Shown one piece after another: positions 51,692 to 61,910 of a DNA stretch of 64,000 bases (the first letter of the stretch is position 1; every line of letters starts with the position of its first letter). Both the position numbers and the translations under genes were made by a program. The notes under the pieces were generated by a model that saw only the letters and a list, made by a program, of their open reading frames with translations, did no database searches and was not told the DNA's origin. This DNA is from Candidatus Magasanikiibacteriota bacterium (GTDB taxonomy: Bacteria; Patescibacteriota; Patescibacteriia; Magasanikbacterales; GWA2-37-8), in NCBI GenBank assembly GCA_963802255.1, contig CAWDHY010000001.1, positions 491,842 to 555,841 of the forward strand. Direction: 5' to 3'.

Positions 51692-53434
51692 CTATTTTGC
51701 CTCAATAACGCTAATAATTATTTCATCACCTTCATTAATGCCCTCAAGAATTTCGACTTGTCCATCATCTGCGCGCAAACCAAGTTTAACCGGCACGTCT
51801 ACTGACTCACCATTTACTAAAACTCTAACATATTTTCCATTTCCATTATTCGTCCTTATTGTTCTTAACGGAACATAAAGCGCGTTCTCCCGTGAAGCGG
51901 TGCTAACCGTAACATTAGCCGTCATTCCCGGCTTAATTTCTTTTTCCGAGTCATCAAGCGTTACTTTAACTTTATAATAAACAACATCCTGCACGTCTGT
52001 TGAAGCCGGGTCAATTGATAAAACCTTACCATTAAACTTTACGTCATCGCCGTACGCGTCCAGAGTAACCGCAACATTATCCTGCAGATTTAGCTTAATT
52101 ACATCGGTTTCAGGAATATCCACTTCAATCTCAAAGTGCGGCGATAATAAATCCAGCGAAACTTCGCTCATTGAAGCGAATTCACCCTTCTTTTTGTATA
52201 TCTTTGTGACTACGCCATCAATCGGGGCTCTCATTATCGCCTTATTACGATTGGCTATAGCTTGTGAAAGCGCCGCTCTGTAAGCTGCGACATCAACTTC
52301 CCGGGGCGGATTAATTTTAGAATCAAGATTAGCCTGCGCCTGTTTATATGAAGCATCTTTGATGTCAATATTGCTCTGCGCCGTTTTTTTCGTATTATCC
52401 AAATCCGAAAGCGCCTTATTGTAAGCTATTAAATAGGTACTGTAACTATTTTTCGCAGTGCTAATTTGTTGGCGCTGGGAAATAATGGAATTGTATTGCG
52501 CGCTTGCGGCCGACCGGGCTGATTCTATTGTCGTTTTTTTTAAGTCTAAAGCCGTCTGGGTAACAGAACCGGACGGTGAAGTCGCAACCAATACATCTTT
52601 AACGCTGGTTAACAACTGAGTACAACCACTCAAAGCAATTTCAGTTAAATTCAAAGCCTCATCGATTAATACCCTTTGACTCTCCGTCGTCAACCCGACA
52701 ATTAATGATCGGGCTGAAGATATTTTTAATTTAGCATCTGAATACATTAAATTTGCAGTCGCTAATTTCGAAGTATCTTTAATGGATAAATATTGTTCAA
52801 AGTCATCATTTGCCAAAGGATTATCAATGCCTAAAATATTATCAGCCTGAGTCAGGCTATTATCCATTGTTGAAAGGCTCGATTGAAGTGCTGCAACGGC
52901 ATTTTCATAAGCATTTGAAACAATCTCGCTATTATCCCCTCCCTCGGCCAATTTCAAATTATTTTTCGCCGTTTCAACAGACGATTCCGCGGTTGAAACA
53001 GTATGAAGTGCATCGGCACGCGCCTGGTCCAAGGAAGCCTTAGCCAAATCAACAGCCGATTGATAATATGAAATATCCTCTTTGGTGGCGCCCGCTAGCT
53101 TCTGATTTAAATTTGCACTCGCCTGAGCAACTGCCGCATCAAGGTCAGAAGATTTTAAACGCATTAATATATCATTGGCTTTAACTGCGGACCCCTCAAT
53201 AGCTTTGACCTCCGAAACAGTGCCGGAAATTTCAAAACGTAAAGACAGGTCGTTGGCTGATTGAATCTTGCCAGTTGCCTCAACCGTCTGCTTAATCGTA
53301 CCAACTGCGGCCTTTACCGTTTCATACTCAACCGGCGCATTGGCCTTCTTATATTGATTATATGAATAGAGGCCTATCAGTAGGGCAAAAATTGAGGCGG
53401 TAATTATAAACTTTTTTGATTTAAAAAAAGACAT
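51692..53434 (-). CDS. MacA-like membrane fusion (efflux adaptor) protein with long coiled coil
   Basis: TM anchor, lipoyl halves, APIDGVV, KPGMTANV. Confidence 0.9.
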   Translation of the reverse strand: MSFFKSKKFIITASIFALLIGLYSYNQYKKANAPVEYETVKAAVGTIKQTVEATGKIQSANDLSLRFEISGTVSEVKAIEGSAVKANDILMRLKSSDLDAAVAQASANLNQKLAGATKEDISYYQSAVDLAKASLDQARADALHTVSTAESSVETAKNNLKLAEGGDNSEIVSNAYENAVAALQSSLSTMDNSLTQADNILGIDNPLANDDFEQYLSIKDTSKLATANLMYSDAKLKISSARSLIVGLTTESQRVLIDEALNLTEIALSGCTQLLTSVKDVLVATSPSGSVTQTALDLKKTTIESARSAASAQYNSIISQRQQISTAKNSYSTYLIAYNKALSDLDNTKKTAQSNIDIKDASYKQAQANLDSKINPPREVDVAAYRAALSQAIANRNKAIMRAPIDGVVTKIYKKKGEFASMSEVSLDLLSPHFEIEVDIPETDVIKLNLQDNVAVTLDAYGDDVKFNGKVLSIDPASTDVQDVVYYKVKVTLDDSEKEIKPGMTANVTVSTASRENALYVPLRTIRTNNGNGKYVRVLVNGESVDVPVKLGLRADDGQVEILEGINEGDEIIISVIEAK

Positions 53435-53444
53435 AAGTAAAAAA

Positions 53445-53666
53445 TTATTTTTTATTTAGATGTAAAGTTACTTCATTAATAATATGACGCATTTGTTCCT
53501 CGGGTACCAAAATAATTTTGCCCATGTGTTCAATTACTAAAAATCTCTCCCCTTCTTTTAACTTTAAACGCTCCCTTGCTTCTTTCGGGATAACAAGTTG
53601 ACCCCTTGAACCCAGGCTGGTAGCCCCGCATATAGAACCTGGCAAAAAACTTGCATTTTTCTTCAT
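53445..53666 (-). CDS. AbrB/MazE/SpoVT family DNA-binding protein
   Basis: GSRGQLVIPKEARERLKLKEG. Confidence 0.9.
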   Translation of the reverse strand: MKKNASFLPGSICGATSLGSRGQLVIPKEARERLKLKEGERFLVIEHMGKIILVPEEQMRHIINEVTLHLNKK

Positions 53667-53727
53667 ATAATATGATGAATATAATAAATCATACTTATCA
53701 TACTTTTAAGCACTAAATCTGTCAAGT

Positions 53728-55188
53728 TTACTTCTCCACTTCCCTTGCTTCCGCTTTACTGAGAAATTCCTTCTTAATCTTATCAAAATATTTCATTGCC
53801 GCCTCGTATTCATTTGGAATAACACCGTCGAGTATTGCCTCTTCAATCGCCTTCTTAATTTTTCCGACTGTTCGTCCCGGTTTTAAGCCGCATAATTTCA
53901 TTATTTCATCCCCGCGAAGTGGCGATTGAAACTCACGCAATTTATCTTTTTCCATCACCTCAATAATTCGTTTTTCAAGCCGGTCATAATTTTTTAAACG
54001 CTTTTCTTTCTTTAAGGGATTACCCGTAGTTATATCGGACCGTCCTAATTTCAATAAATCATCCAGCTCAATATTTAAATTAACGATTAATCGTCTTACC
54101 GCGGAATCCGTTATGCCTTCATCCATCAACGAAATAGGCTGTTGATGCCACCGAACAAGCTTCGCAAGATATTCATTATTATCATTTGACATATGAAGCC
54201 GCTTGCCAATCTGTTTGGCGAGTTTGCGTCCGACATGCTCATGTTGATAAAAAGTCCAGCCAATTTTAGGCACGAATTTTTTTGTTTGCGGCTTCCCGAT
54301 ATCGTGAAGAAGAGCCGCAAAACGCAACAACGTATTATCGGTCTTTTCCGCGATATTATCCACAACCTTAAAAGTATGTACCAAATTATTTTTATGCTGA
54401 TGGCCAAAAACTTCCTCAACTCCATCCAGTTTAGCAACTTCAGGAAGAATAATGTCTAATAAACCGGTCTGGAACATCAGTATTAAACCAACTGAAGGAA
54501 TTTTACAGGACAGCAAACGCATAAGCTCCTCCTGTATTCTTTCCGCAGAAACTATCTTAAGACGGGAGCCATTTTTATGAATTGATTTTAAGGTGTCTTG
54601 GTCAATACCAAAATTTAACTGCGCGGCGAAACGAATGGCACGCATCATGCGAAGAGGGTCATCACTAAAAGTATCGTCCGGATCTAATGGTGTTTTGAGC
54701 AAGCGGTTTTTTATGTCTTTAATTCCGAAGCATGGATCAATTATTGATTTTTTAAAAATTACAGACGAAGGTTTTGCCGTTTTGGTGAAAACACTCACCG
54801 GTATCGCCATCGCATTCACGGTAAAGTCTCTCCGTAATAAATCCTCAGCCAATGTTGATTCAGTCACTACCGGTTTGCGTGAATTTTTTTTGTACTTTTC
54901 TGTCCTTGCTCCGGCAAATTCCAGAACTAAAGCATCTTCGTCTTCTTCCAACAAATATCTGGCTGTATCAAAATCCGCAAATTCAACCAGGCTTCCTGTC
55001 TTTTCTATTTCATCATCAAACGCTCTCGCAAATTCTATACCGCTGCCTTCAACTACAAAATCAATATCTTTTTTTTGATCTATGCCAATTAAAAAATCAC
55101 GCACAAATCCGCCGACTATAAAAACCGGCGTATTAGTTTTTTTTGAAACCGAATGAATTACCTTAAATACATCCGAATTTTTTGACAT
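53728..55188 (-). CDS. cca: CCA-adding tRNA nucleotidyltransferase with HD domain
   Basis: VGGFVRD, DIDF, DLLRRDFTVNA, DDPLRMMRAIRF, LLHDIGK. Confidence 0.9.
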   Translation of the reverse strand: MSKNSDVFKVIHSVSKKTNTPVFIVGGFVRDFLIGIDQKKDIDFVVEGSGIEFARAFDDEIEKTGSLVEFADFDTARYLLEEDEDALVLEFAGARTEKYKKNSRKPVVTESTLAEDLLRRDFTVNAMAIPVSVFTKTAKPSSVIFKKSIIDPCFGIKDIKNRLLKTPLDPDDTFSDDPLRMMRAIRFAAQLNFGIDQDTLKSIHKNGSRLKIVSAERIQEELMRLLSCKIPSVGLILMFQTGLLDIILPEVAKLDGVEEVFGHQHKNNLVHTFKVVDNIAEKTDNTLLRFAALLHDIGKPQTKKFVPKIGWTFYQHEHVGRKLAKQIGKRLHMSNDNNEYLAKLVRWHQQPISLMDEGITDSAVRRLIVNLNIELDDLLKLGRSDITTGNPLKKEKRLKNYDRLEKRIIEVMEKDKLREFQSPLRGDEIMKLCGLKPGRTVGKIKKAIEEAILDGVIPNEYEAAMKYFDKIKKEFLSKAEAREVEK

Positions 55189-55190
55189 AA

Positions 55191-56225
55191 CTATACTTTT
55201 TTATTCGAACCGATGCGTTTTAAAGCTACATCTTTCTCAATAAGATTTTGATCAAGTAATTCCTTTACAGAATTCTCCATGGTCACCATACCTTCTTTTA
55301 CGCCGGTTTGAATCATCGACTTAATCTGATTTACGTTATTTTCTCTGATTAAATTGGCTACTGCCGGAGTATTAATTAGAATTTCCCGCGCCGGAACCCG
55401 GCCACCATTTTTTGCGGGTATCAGATGCTGTGCAACAACAGCCCGCAAAACTGATGACAATTGAGTCAGTACCTGTTTCTGTTTTGAGCCCTCAAATACA
55501 TCTACAATTCGTTCAACCGCTTCTGCGGCGCTGGGTGTATGTAAAGTGGAAAAAACCAAGTGCCCGGTTTCAGCGGCAGTAAGAACGGTCGCTATTGTTT
55601 CCGGGTCACGCATCTCTCCGACGAATATAACATTCGGATCCTGACGCAATACATGTTTCAACGCATTCGCGAAAGTCAGAGTGTCTTTACCAACTTCCCG
55701 TTGCTCAATTAGACTCATTTTATCTTTAAAAACAAACTCAATCGGATCTTCAATTGTAACAATGTGAGCCTTGCGTTGCTTGTTAATTTCTTCAATCATT
55801 GACGCGATAGTCGTAGATTTACCGCAACCAGTCGGTCCGGTAACCAAAACCAATCCATCCAACAACCCGCTCAAACCTCTTAAAGTGTCGTTAAAACGAA
55901 GATCGTCCGGAGTTGGAACCTCCGTCGGAATTAGTCGTGCGGCCAAGCCAATCTTCTCATCTTGCTGGTGAATATTAACGCGGAACCTGACTCCGCTCAC
56001 TTCATAGGCAAAATCCAACTCCTTTTCTGATTCGTATTGTTCACGTTGGCCCGGCAACAATAACGCCGCTATCGCCCGGTTCAATGCGCCATTTTCAAGA
56101 ACATTACTGTCTAATTCCACCAAATCGCCATGCAGACGCATCATCGGTTTTTCCGCTCCGACAAGATGCACATCAGAGGCGCCATTTTTAATTGCCTGTT
56201 TAAAATATGTATTTATATCAAGCAT
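55191..56225 (-). CDS. pilT: Type IV pilus retraction ATPase
   Basis: ASDVHL, GPTGCGKST, TIEDPIE, LRQDP, GEMRD, AAETGHLVFSTLHT. Confidence 0.93.
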   Translation of the reverse strand: MLDINTYFKQAIKNGASDVHLVGAEKPMMRLHGDLVELDSNVLENGALNRAIAALLLPGQREQYESEKELDFAYEVSGVRFRVNIHQQDEKIGLAARLIPTEVPTPDDLRFNDTLRGLSGLLDGLVLVTGPTGCGKSTTIASMIEEINKQRKAHIVTIEDPIEFVFKDKMSLIEQREVGKDTLTFANALKHVLRQDPNVIFVGEMRDPETIATVLTAAETGHLVFSTLHTPSAAEAVERIVDVFEGSKQKQVLTQLSSVLRAVVAQHLIPAKNGGRVPAREILINTPAVANLIRENNVNQIKSMIQTGVKEGMVTMENSVKELLDQNLIEKDVALKRIGSNKKV

Positions 56226-56307
56226 AAAATATATGTTATATTGTAACATTATAGCACAATTTGACTCTATTGAAAAGAAACATTAAATGTGATAAAATTT
56301 TGCAATT

Positions 56308-56381
56308 CGGGGTATAGCTCAGTTGGCTAGAGCGCATGCATGGGGTGCATGAGGCCGCAGGTTCAAGTCCTGTTACCCCGA
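56308..56381 (+). tRNA. tRNA-Pro(GGG)
   Basis: CGGGGTA...CATGC AT GGG GT GCATG...GCAGG TTCAAGT CCTGT TACCCCG A; promoter TTGAAA-17-TAAAAT at 56270-56298. Confidence 0.94.
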
Positions 56382-56444
56382 CAAGTTTATGTAAATTAAA
56401 AAGTTGACAATGCGAGTTAATTAACGTATTATTTATTCGCTTTT

Positions 56445-56518
56445 CGGGGTGTAGCTCAGTTGGCTAGAGCGCATCGTTCGGGACGATGAGGCCGCAGGTT
56501 CAAGTCCTGTCACCCCGA
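56445..56518 (+). tRNA. tRNA-Pro(CGG)
   Basis: CGGGGTG...CATCG TT CGG GA CGATG...GCAGG TTCAAGT CCTGT CACCCCG A; promoter TTGACA-17-TATTAT at 56404-56432. Confidence 0.94.
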
Positions 56519-56554
56519 CTAAACAAAATACCGCCTTGGCGGTTTTTTGTTTTT

Positions 56555-56710
56555 GAGGGGTGTGGCGAGCAAATAGTTTTGCTCGCCAAAGGACTTGAAC
56601 GCCGGAGCGATGCCGCGCGACGCATGCGAGCGAGCGCGGCCGCGAGGCGGTGGCTAACCCGAGCCGGCGGAAGCCGATGAGAGGCGAAGCCAAGTCCTGT
56701 CACCCCGACT
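56555..56710 (+). repeat. tRNA-linked structured element, copy 3 (tRNA-Pro CGG)
   Basis: Core GAACGCCGGAGCGATG...CCGCGAGGCGGTGGCTA...CGGAAG...CGAAGC, then CAAGTCCTGTCACCCCGACTAAACA (56691-56715) identical to 56501-56525. Confidence 0.88.
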
Positions 56711-56925
56711 AAACAGAAATACCGCGTGAGCGGTTTTTTGTGTTTTGAGGGGTGTGGCGAGTAGCAAAAGTCCTCATTTACCCGATACAACCTTGACGAA
56801 TCAGCTAAACTATGCTATGAATATCTGTCGTGAATATTATAGGATATTAAATTCTCGCTCGTTCAACAACGGCCCTTCAGGACTGTTCTCAAAAAAGCCC
56901 ACCTTATAAGTGGCAAGGAGGTCGC

Positions 56926-57663
56926 GTGCAGATAGAAGAGGTCAAGATAACCGATCATATCTGGAGCTACGTTTCCGAAAAGTATCTCGAGGCCGGACTT
57001 GCTGACGAGCTGATCCACGGCATGAGGCACATGCGCCACGTACGCGAGGTCTGCAACAACATCTGCGACGTGCAGATCTTGGACTCGCGGGTCATCAGGT
57101 GCCTGCACGCAGCGGTCGACATCCACGACATCGGTCGGGCCGTCGACAAGACGCGCGATCACGCCATGGTGTCCTCGGAGGTGTTCCGGCAGATGGCTCT
57201 CGATGATCTGGCAACGGACGAGTACGAGGCGGTGCACTTCGCCGTCATACACCACAGCCGCGGCCTGCGCGCCATCGGCATCAACGAGGCGAAAGACCTG
57301 AAGGAGGTCCTGCTCGGCCTGCTGTGCGTCTGCGACCACGCGGATGCCGCAAGCCCCGACGGTGCGGCCCGAGCCGCGCTCGCACTGAAGAACAAACCGA
57401 TCCTGTCGGACAACTACACGGCCGAACATCTGCGCGAGCTGATGACCAACGGTTGCGCGCCGGAGCTGATGAACGTCTACAAGAACGACAGCCTGGCGGC
57501 TCACCTGGCCTACAACTACTGCGCCACCGCGCACATCATCGCGCCGGTCCGGCACCTGCTCAACGGCCGCTACATGAAGGACTGGAGCGATCCGCGCCTC
57601 GCCATGTTCCGCGTCATCGTCGAGACCTACCTGAATCTGCAGGAGAAGAAGAACCTCCTGTAG
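56926..57663 (+). CDS. HD-domain phosphohydrolase, GC-rich
   Basis: HGMRH...IHDIGR...DHA...IHH...CDHAD HD motifs; AAGGAGG SD before GTG; codons end overwhelmingly in G/C. Confidence 0.85.
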   Translation: MQIEEVKITDHIWSYVSEKYLEAGLADELIHGMRHMRHVREVCNNICDVQILDSRVIRCLHAAVDIHDIGRAVDKTRDHAMVSSEVFRQMALDDLATDEYEAVHFAVIHHSRGLRAIGINEAKDLKEVLLGLLCVCDHADAASPDGAARAALALKNKPILSDNYTAEHLRELMTNGCAPELMNVYKNDSLAAHLAYNYCATAHIIAPVRHLLNGRYMKDWSDPRLAMFRVIVETYLNLQEKKNLL

Positions 57664-57774
57664 CCCGCGTTTCCACCGACTTCGGAATAGAAGTTCCTTA
57701 GCCCCCACTCCTGGGGGCATTTTTTTATGAATAATTCAATTAAAAAATCGCCTCATGGCGATTTTTTTCTATTA

Positions 57775-58380
57775 TCATACAATTTCCAATCCGCCCAAGT
57801 CCTCAATCTTAATCTCTGTATACAATTTATTTTTTACCAGCGCGGGAACTCCGTTATGTTCTATCACGTAATAAGCAAACCCTCTCATCTGTTTTACCAA
57901 TTCATAATCAGCGTGCCCTGGCAAACTAACCGGGTCGCGCTCTTCAAAATCAACCGGGCTATCATCAGCGGTAACTAAGTAGGTTGTGCCAATATTTGCA
58001 ACTAGGTGCCCAAAACCGGTGGGCATGTAGACGCTATCCCCTTGCTTCACTTTGATTGCTTTAAACTCATCAACAACATCCGCTATCGGGCTCCCCTTTT
58101 CATCAATAGCCAATTTTTGCGTTATCACCACTCCCTCTCCGAATAAAATCCAATATGTTTCATCAAGATCCCCGACATGATAATGGCCATAAGTTTTTAC
58201 ATATTCGCCACCTATTGTTCCGGGTTCCCAAATTGTAATATTCTTCTGCTCTTTTCCACCCCGAATCATATAGTAGTGGACATCTGGAGCGCTAACACCT
58301 GAATCCATTAGCACCTCCTTCATTTTTTCATTTGTTCTGGCCGCGTAATGCTTACCTACATTTCTAAAATCAATATTCAT
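57775..58380 (-). CDS. Cupin-type (archaeal-like) glucose-6-phosphate isomerase family protein
   Basis: PGTIGGEYVKTYGHYH...ETY...GEG, GH..ANIG, Y......GFAYY. Confidence 0.85.
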   Translation of the reverse strand: MNIDFRNVGKHYAARTNEKMKEVLMDSGVSAPDVHYYMIRGGKEQKNITIWEPGTIGGEYVKTYGHYHVGDLDETYWILFGEGVVITQKLAIDEKGSPIADVVDEFKAIKVKQGDSVYMPTGFGHLVANIGTTYLVTADDSPVDFEERDPVSLPGHADYELVKQMRGFAYYVIEHNGVPALVKNKLYTEIKIEDLGGLEIV

Positions 58381-58401
58381 AAAATTATATTAAAAAAATA
58401 T

Positions 58402-59262
58402 TTAAGTTGATAACGCTTCCTGTAAAAATTCTTCTAACGCATCTCGCCACGGTCTCTGCGGCTTTGTTTTAGATGTTAAAAGGGTTGAATCCGCCGGGCG
58501 TTTTGCCGGATTATTTAATTCCGACGAGGAAATGGGAATTAATTTAGGCATTTTTCTCGTTAATTTGAATATCTCTTCCGCCCATTCAAACCAACTGCAT
58601 GAACCGGAGTTTGCGCCATGATATATTCCTGAATCGGCATTATTTTTTATTAACGCCAATGTATATTCCGCTAAATCCGGAGCGTAGGTAATACTTCCAC
58701 GCTCATCGTTTACCACTCTTATTTCCGGTAAATTACTTTTTTCCAGCATTATTTCAACAAAACTTTTTTTACTTTCACCGCTTCCTCGCTTCCCAAAAAT
58801 TCTCGCCGGACGAATAATATGGTATTTCCCCCCTACTTCTTGAATATTTTTTTCTCCCAGATATTTTGATCTTCCATAGACGCTCAGCGGGTTCGGCGTA
58901 TCTCCTTCCAAATAACCGCCTTTTTTTGTTCCATCAAAAACATAATCTGTTGAATAATTAACAAAAAAAGAGCCCATCTCTTTTGCTGTCTCAGCCAAAA
59001 TTTTGGGCGCGTTTGAATTGACCGCATAGGCTAAAACGCTTTCATGCTCATCCATTTCCGCTAAATCTACTTTATTATAACCGGAAGCATTTATTAATAT
59101 TGCGGGATTTAAAACAAAAATTTTTTCTGAAAAATTGTTTTGCGACAAATCGAGATTCTCTTTATCCCATGCGACAACATCAAAATCGTTATCAGAAAAT
59201 ATTCTGACTAATTCCTGACCGAGCATGCCTTTTGATCCGAGAATCAAAACCTTTTCCTGCAT
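58402..59262 (-). CDS. rfbD: dTDP-4-dehydrorhamnose reductase
   Basis: GSKGMLG, STDYVFDG, PLSVYGRSK; start at MQEKVL. Confidence 0.93.
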   Translation of the reverse strand: MQEKVLILGSKGMLGQELVRIFSDNDFDVVAWDKENLDLSQNNFSEKIFVLNPAILINASGYNKVDLAEMDEHESVLAYAVNSNAPKILAETAKEMGSFFVNYSTDYVFDGTKKGGYLEGDTPNPLSVYGRSKYLGEKNIQEVGGKYHIIRPARIFGKRGSGESKKSFVEIMLEKSNLPEIRVVNDERGSITYAPDLAEYTLALIKNNADSGIYHGANSGSCSWFEWAEEIFKLTRKMPKLIPISSSELNNPAKRPADSTLLTSKTKPQRPWRDALEEFLQEALST

Positions 59263-59266
59263 AAAA

Positions 59267-59671
59267 TTATACTGCAATAACTTTTCTATACTCTTCGTAA
59301 TCTTCAATATAGTCGCTTCTATCCTCACTATAATTTGTTGAAGATATTGCGAGAAGCACTGCATCTTCGCTAAAATCCTTAAATCCATGCCAAACATAAT
59401 TTCCAACATAAAAAGCGTCCCCAGGTCCTGCAAACGGTATTTCTTCTTTTCCGTTCCCACGGTCTATAATTGCGGTGGATGTGCCCTTAATCATAACAAA
59501 TAATTCCTTCTCCTCTTTGTGACAATGCTGTCCGGTAGCCGATTTACAATCCTGAATAAAATAGATACGTTTAACATCGAAGTCAATATAATCCTTCAAC
59601 TCCGCGATGCTATATGTAGCTTTCTCATTTACTACTACTTTCAGAACTAATTTCTTATAATCTAATTGCAT
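59267..59671 (-). CDS. FdtA/QdtA-type sugar 3,4-ketoisomerase (cupin)
   Basis: FDVKRIYFI, GQHCH, WH.F.DFS.DAVLL, DYIEDYEE. Confidence 0.85.
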   Translation of the reverse strand: MQLDYKKLVLKVVVNEKATYSIAELKDYIDFDVKRIYFIQDCKSATGQHCHKEEKELFVMIKGTSTAIIDRGNGKEEIPFAGPGDAFYVGNYVWHGFKDFSEDAVLLAISSTNYSEDRSDYIEDYEEYRKVIAV

Positions 59672-59701
59672 AAAATATTTTTTTCAATTTTACAAAATAA
59701 T

Positions 59702-60793
59702 TTAAACAGCTTCTTCGCCTGAAGCAATTTTTTCGTCGTGTAATTTTTCACGCTTTGTTCTCGTGGGGGCGTGATTTATCTGGTAGGCATCGTCATGCAT
59801 GGACCATAGATTCTCCACCCAATCACGGTGTGTTAAATACCAATTAATTGTCTCCGACATCCCAATTTCAAATTGACCGCGGTCATACACCGGCTTCCAG
59901 CCCAATGACATTAATTTCGACGCATCAATAGCATAGCGCAAATCATTTCCCGGACGGTCTTCAACAAACTCAATCATACTCTCCGGCTTATTCATCAATG
60001 ACAATATCATTTTTGAAACTTCCAAATTATTACGCTCATTGTCTACGCCAACATTATAGATTTCACCGGCTTTTCCATCGTGCAGCATTAAATCAAGGGC
60101 GGCGCAGTGGTCAGTAACATATATCCAGTCACGCACATTAACACCTGAACCATGAATTAATATCGGCTTATTTTTCAATAACCGGAATATTGAGGAAGGT
60201 ATCAGTTTTTCCGGATACTGATAAGGGCCATAATTATTTGAACAATGCGTCACCACAACCGGTATCTTATGCGTTACGAAATACGACCGGCAAACCATAT
60301 CGCCGCCCGCTTTTGCCGCGGCATAGGGCATGTTCGGCTCAATCGGGGTTGATTCGGTGAAACGACGCTCATCATCGAGCGCAAGCGTGCCATAAACCTC
60401 ATCGGTTGAAACATTAACAAATTTTTGCAGACCAAAATAACGCACCAGATTACAAAGCATCAGTACGCCATAAGTGTTTGTCATGACAAAATCAGAACAA
60501 TCTCCAAAAATGGAGCGGTCGACATGTGTTTCAGCGGCAAAATTGATTACGTGGCTAATTTTATATTTTTCGACAACTTCAGCCAAAAGTTTATAATCAC
60601 AAATATCGCCCTTGATAAATGTATAGCGACTTGAATATTCCAATTTTTCCTCAACATCTTTAAGGTTGTCGAGGTTACCGGCATAGGTCAGCTTATCATA
60701 ATTCACCACCTCATAATGAGGATGCTTCTTCAGAATATAGTGAATAAAATTTGAGCCTATAAACCCTGCACCGCCGCAAACTAATATCTTCAT
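59702..60793 (-). CDS. rfbB: dTDP-glucose 4,6-dehydratase
   Basis: GGAGFIGSNF, DKLTYAGN, AAETHVDRSI, STDEVYG, NNYGPYQYPEKLIP. Confidence 0.96.
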   Translation of the reverse strand: MKILVCGGAGFIGSNFIHYILKKHPHYEVVNYDKLTYAGNLDNLKDVEEKLEYSSRYTFIKGDICDYKLLAEVVEKYKISHVINFAAETHVDRSIFGDCSDFVMTNTYGVLMLCNLVRYFGLQKFVNVSTDEVYGTLALDDERRFTESTPIEPNMPYAAAKAGGDMVCRSYFVTHKIPVVVTHCSNNYGPYQYPEKLIPSSIFRLLKNKPILIHGSGVNVRDWIYVTDHCAALDLMLHDGKAGEIYNVGVDNERNNLEVSKMILSLMNKPESMIEFVEDRPGNDLRYAIDASKLMSLGWKPVYDRGQFEIGMSETINWYLTHRDWVENLWSMHDDAYQINHAPTRTKREKLHDEKIASGEEAV

Positions 60794-60815
60794 AAGCAAA
60801 TGTTTCATTCTGGTG

Positions 60816-61910
60816 CTACCACCAGACTAATATTTTAAGTAAATACCAATAAATTGTAAAGATTGTGTTTACTCCCGCGCGGATTATTACCGGCAAACGT
60901 AAGTCCGCTGTACCCACTCTAACTGCGGCGCCTGATAAAATTTTACGGTCAGAAATAGTTCTTTGCTTCTGTATAATTTTTCTATCAGCCAGCCAAATTT
61001 TCCAATTGGCGGGTCTCAGCCAGTAGCTATAAACCTTCATCAGTTCGGAAAACCATCCGTTTGCGATTGCCAAGAGTATCAACCCGGCATTATACAAAAT
61101 TTCCAACGGAAAAAGTATTAACAGAGTCGGCCATTTATAAAATAATAATTTTAAAGCATGGCGGTTTCTTTCAATCCAGAAAAATTTGTTCGGTTTATTC
61201 AAGAACTCATACTGATGATAAAATACAGCTCTGCCCGCCAAACCAATTTTATAACCGCGGCTTTTCAGGCGCAGAGAATACTCGGTGTCTTCGTGATAAA
61301 GAAAAAATTTATCGCTCCAATAGCCGGCTTTTTCAAGAAGGTCAGTTCGTAAAAAAGCGGCCGCTCCGCTGACATAACCAGTTTCAGAAAAATCCGGATA
61401 AATATCCTTTGCCGCCTCGCGATAATTGGAACAAAATCCGATGCCTAAATAATGAAATTCATTGCCTGAAGAATTAACAAGATGTTTTTCCGGATAAAGA
61501 AGTATTAACGGTTGGCATTCGCCAATTTCCTTATCTTTTTCCATCACTACTACCATCTCGCTTATGGCAGAATTTTTTAAATTGCCGTCGGCATTGTGTA
61601 AAAATATATATTGAGCGCCGTGTTCGGCCGCATAACGTGAGCCGAAATTATTACCCGCCGAAAAACCGATGTTTTCCCCCGGTTCAAGAATAACCGTTTC
61701 AGGTAAAAACTGACGCCTATTATTAACCTCAAAATTAATATAATCCAATTGCGATTCCTCACCCGAACGCGGACCATTATACACAATTATAAGCATTAAA
61801 TTTGTTTTTTGGTATGTCTGCTGAGTGATTGCTTCCAACGCCATGACCAAATATTTTTTCGGTTCATCAGCCCAGCACAAATAGACGATTGCCGTTTTAG
61901 GGCTATTCAT
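60816..61910 (-). CDS. GT2 family glycosyltransferase
   Basis: NIGFSAGNN, HNAD, SGAA, FFLYHEDTE. Confidence 0.9.
   Translation of the reverse strand: MNSPKTAIVYLCWADEPKKYLVMALEAITQQTYQKTNLMLIIVYNGPRSGEESQLDYINFEVNNRRQFLPETVILEPGENIGFSAGNNFGSRYAAEHGAQYIFLHNADGNLKNSAISEMVVVMEKDKEIGECQPLILLYPEKHLVNSSGNEFHYLGIGFCSNYREAAKDIYPDFSETGYVSGAAAFLRTDLLEKAGYWSDKFFLYHEDTEYSLRLKSRGYKIGLAGRAVFYHQYEFLNKPNKFFWIERNRHALKLLFYKWPTLLILFPLEILYNAGLILLAIANGWFSELMKVYSYWLRPANWKIWLADRKIIQKQRTISDRKILSGAAVRVGTADLRLPVIIRAGVNTIFTIYWYLLKILVWW

Noticed and set aside
53445-53666. Toxin-antitoxin module
   Set aside because: The AbrB-like gene has no adjacent toxin and heads the efflux operon, so it is more likely its regulator.
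56501-56761. CRISPR array
   Set aside because: Only two repeat copies, tRNA-derived, with a conserved structured interval rather than unique spacers; no cas genes.
56863-57720. 285-aa minus-strand ORF
   Set aside because: Antisense shadow of the GC-rich HD gene, which has the SD and the catalytic motifs.
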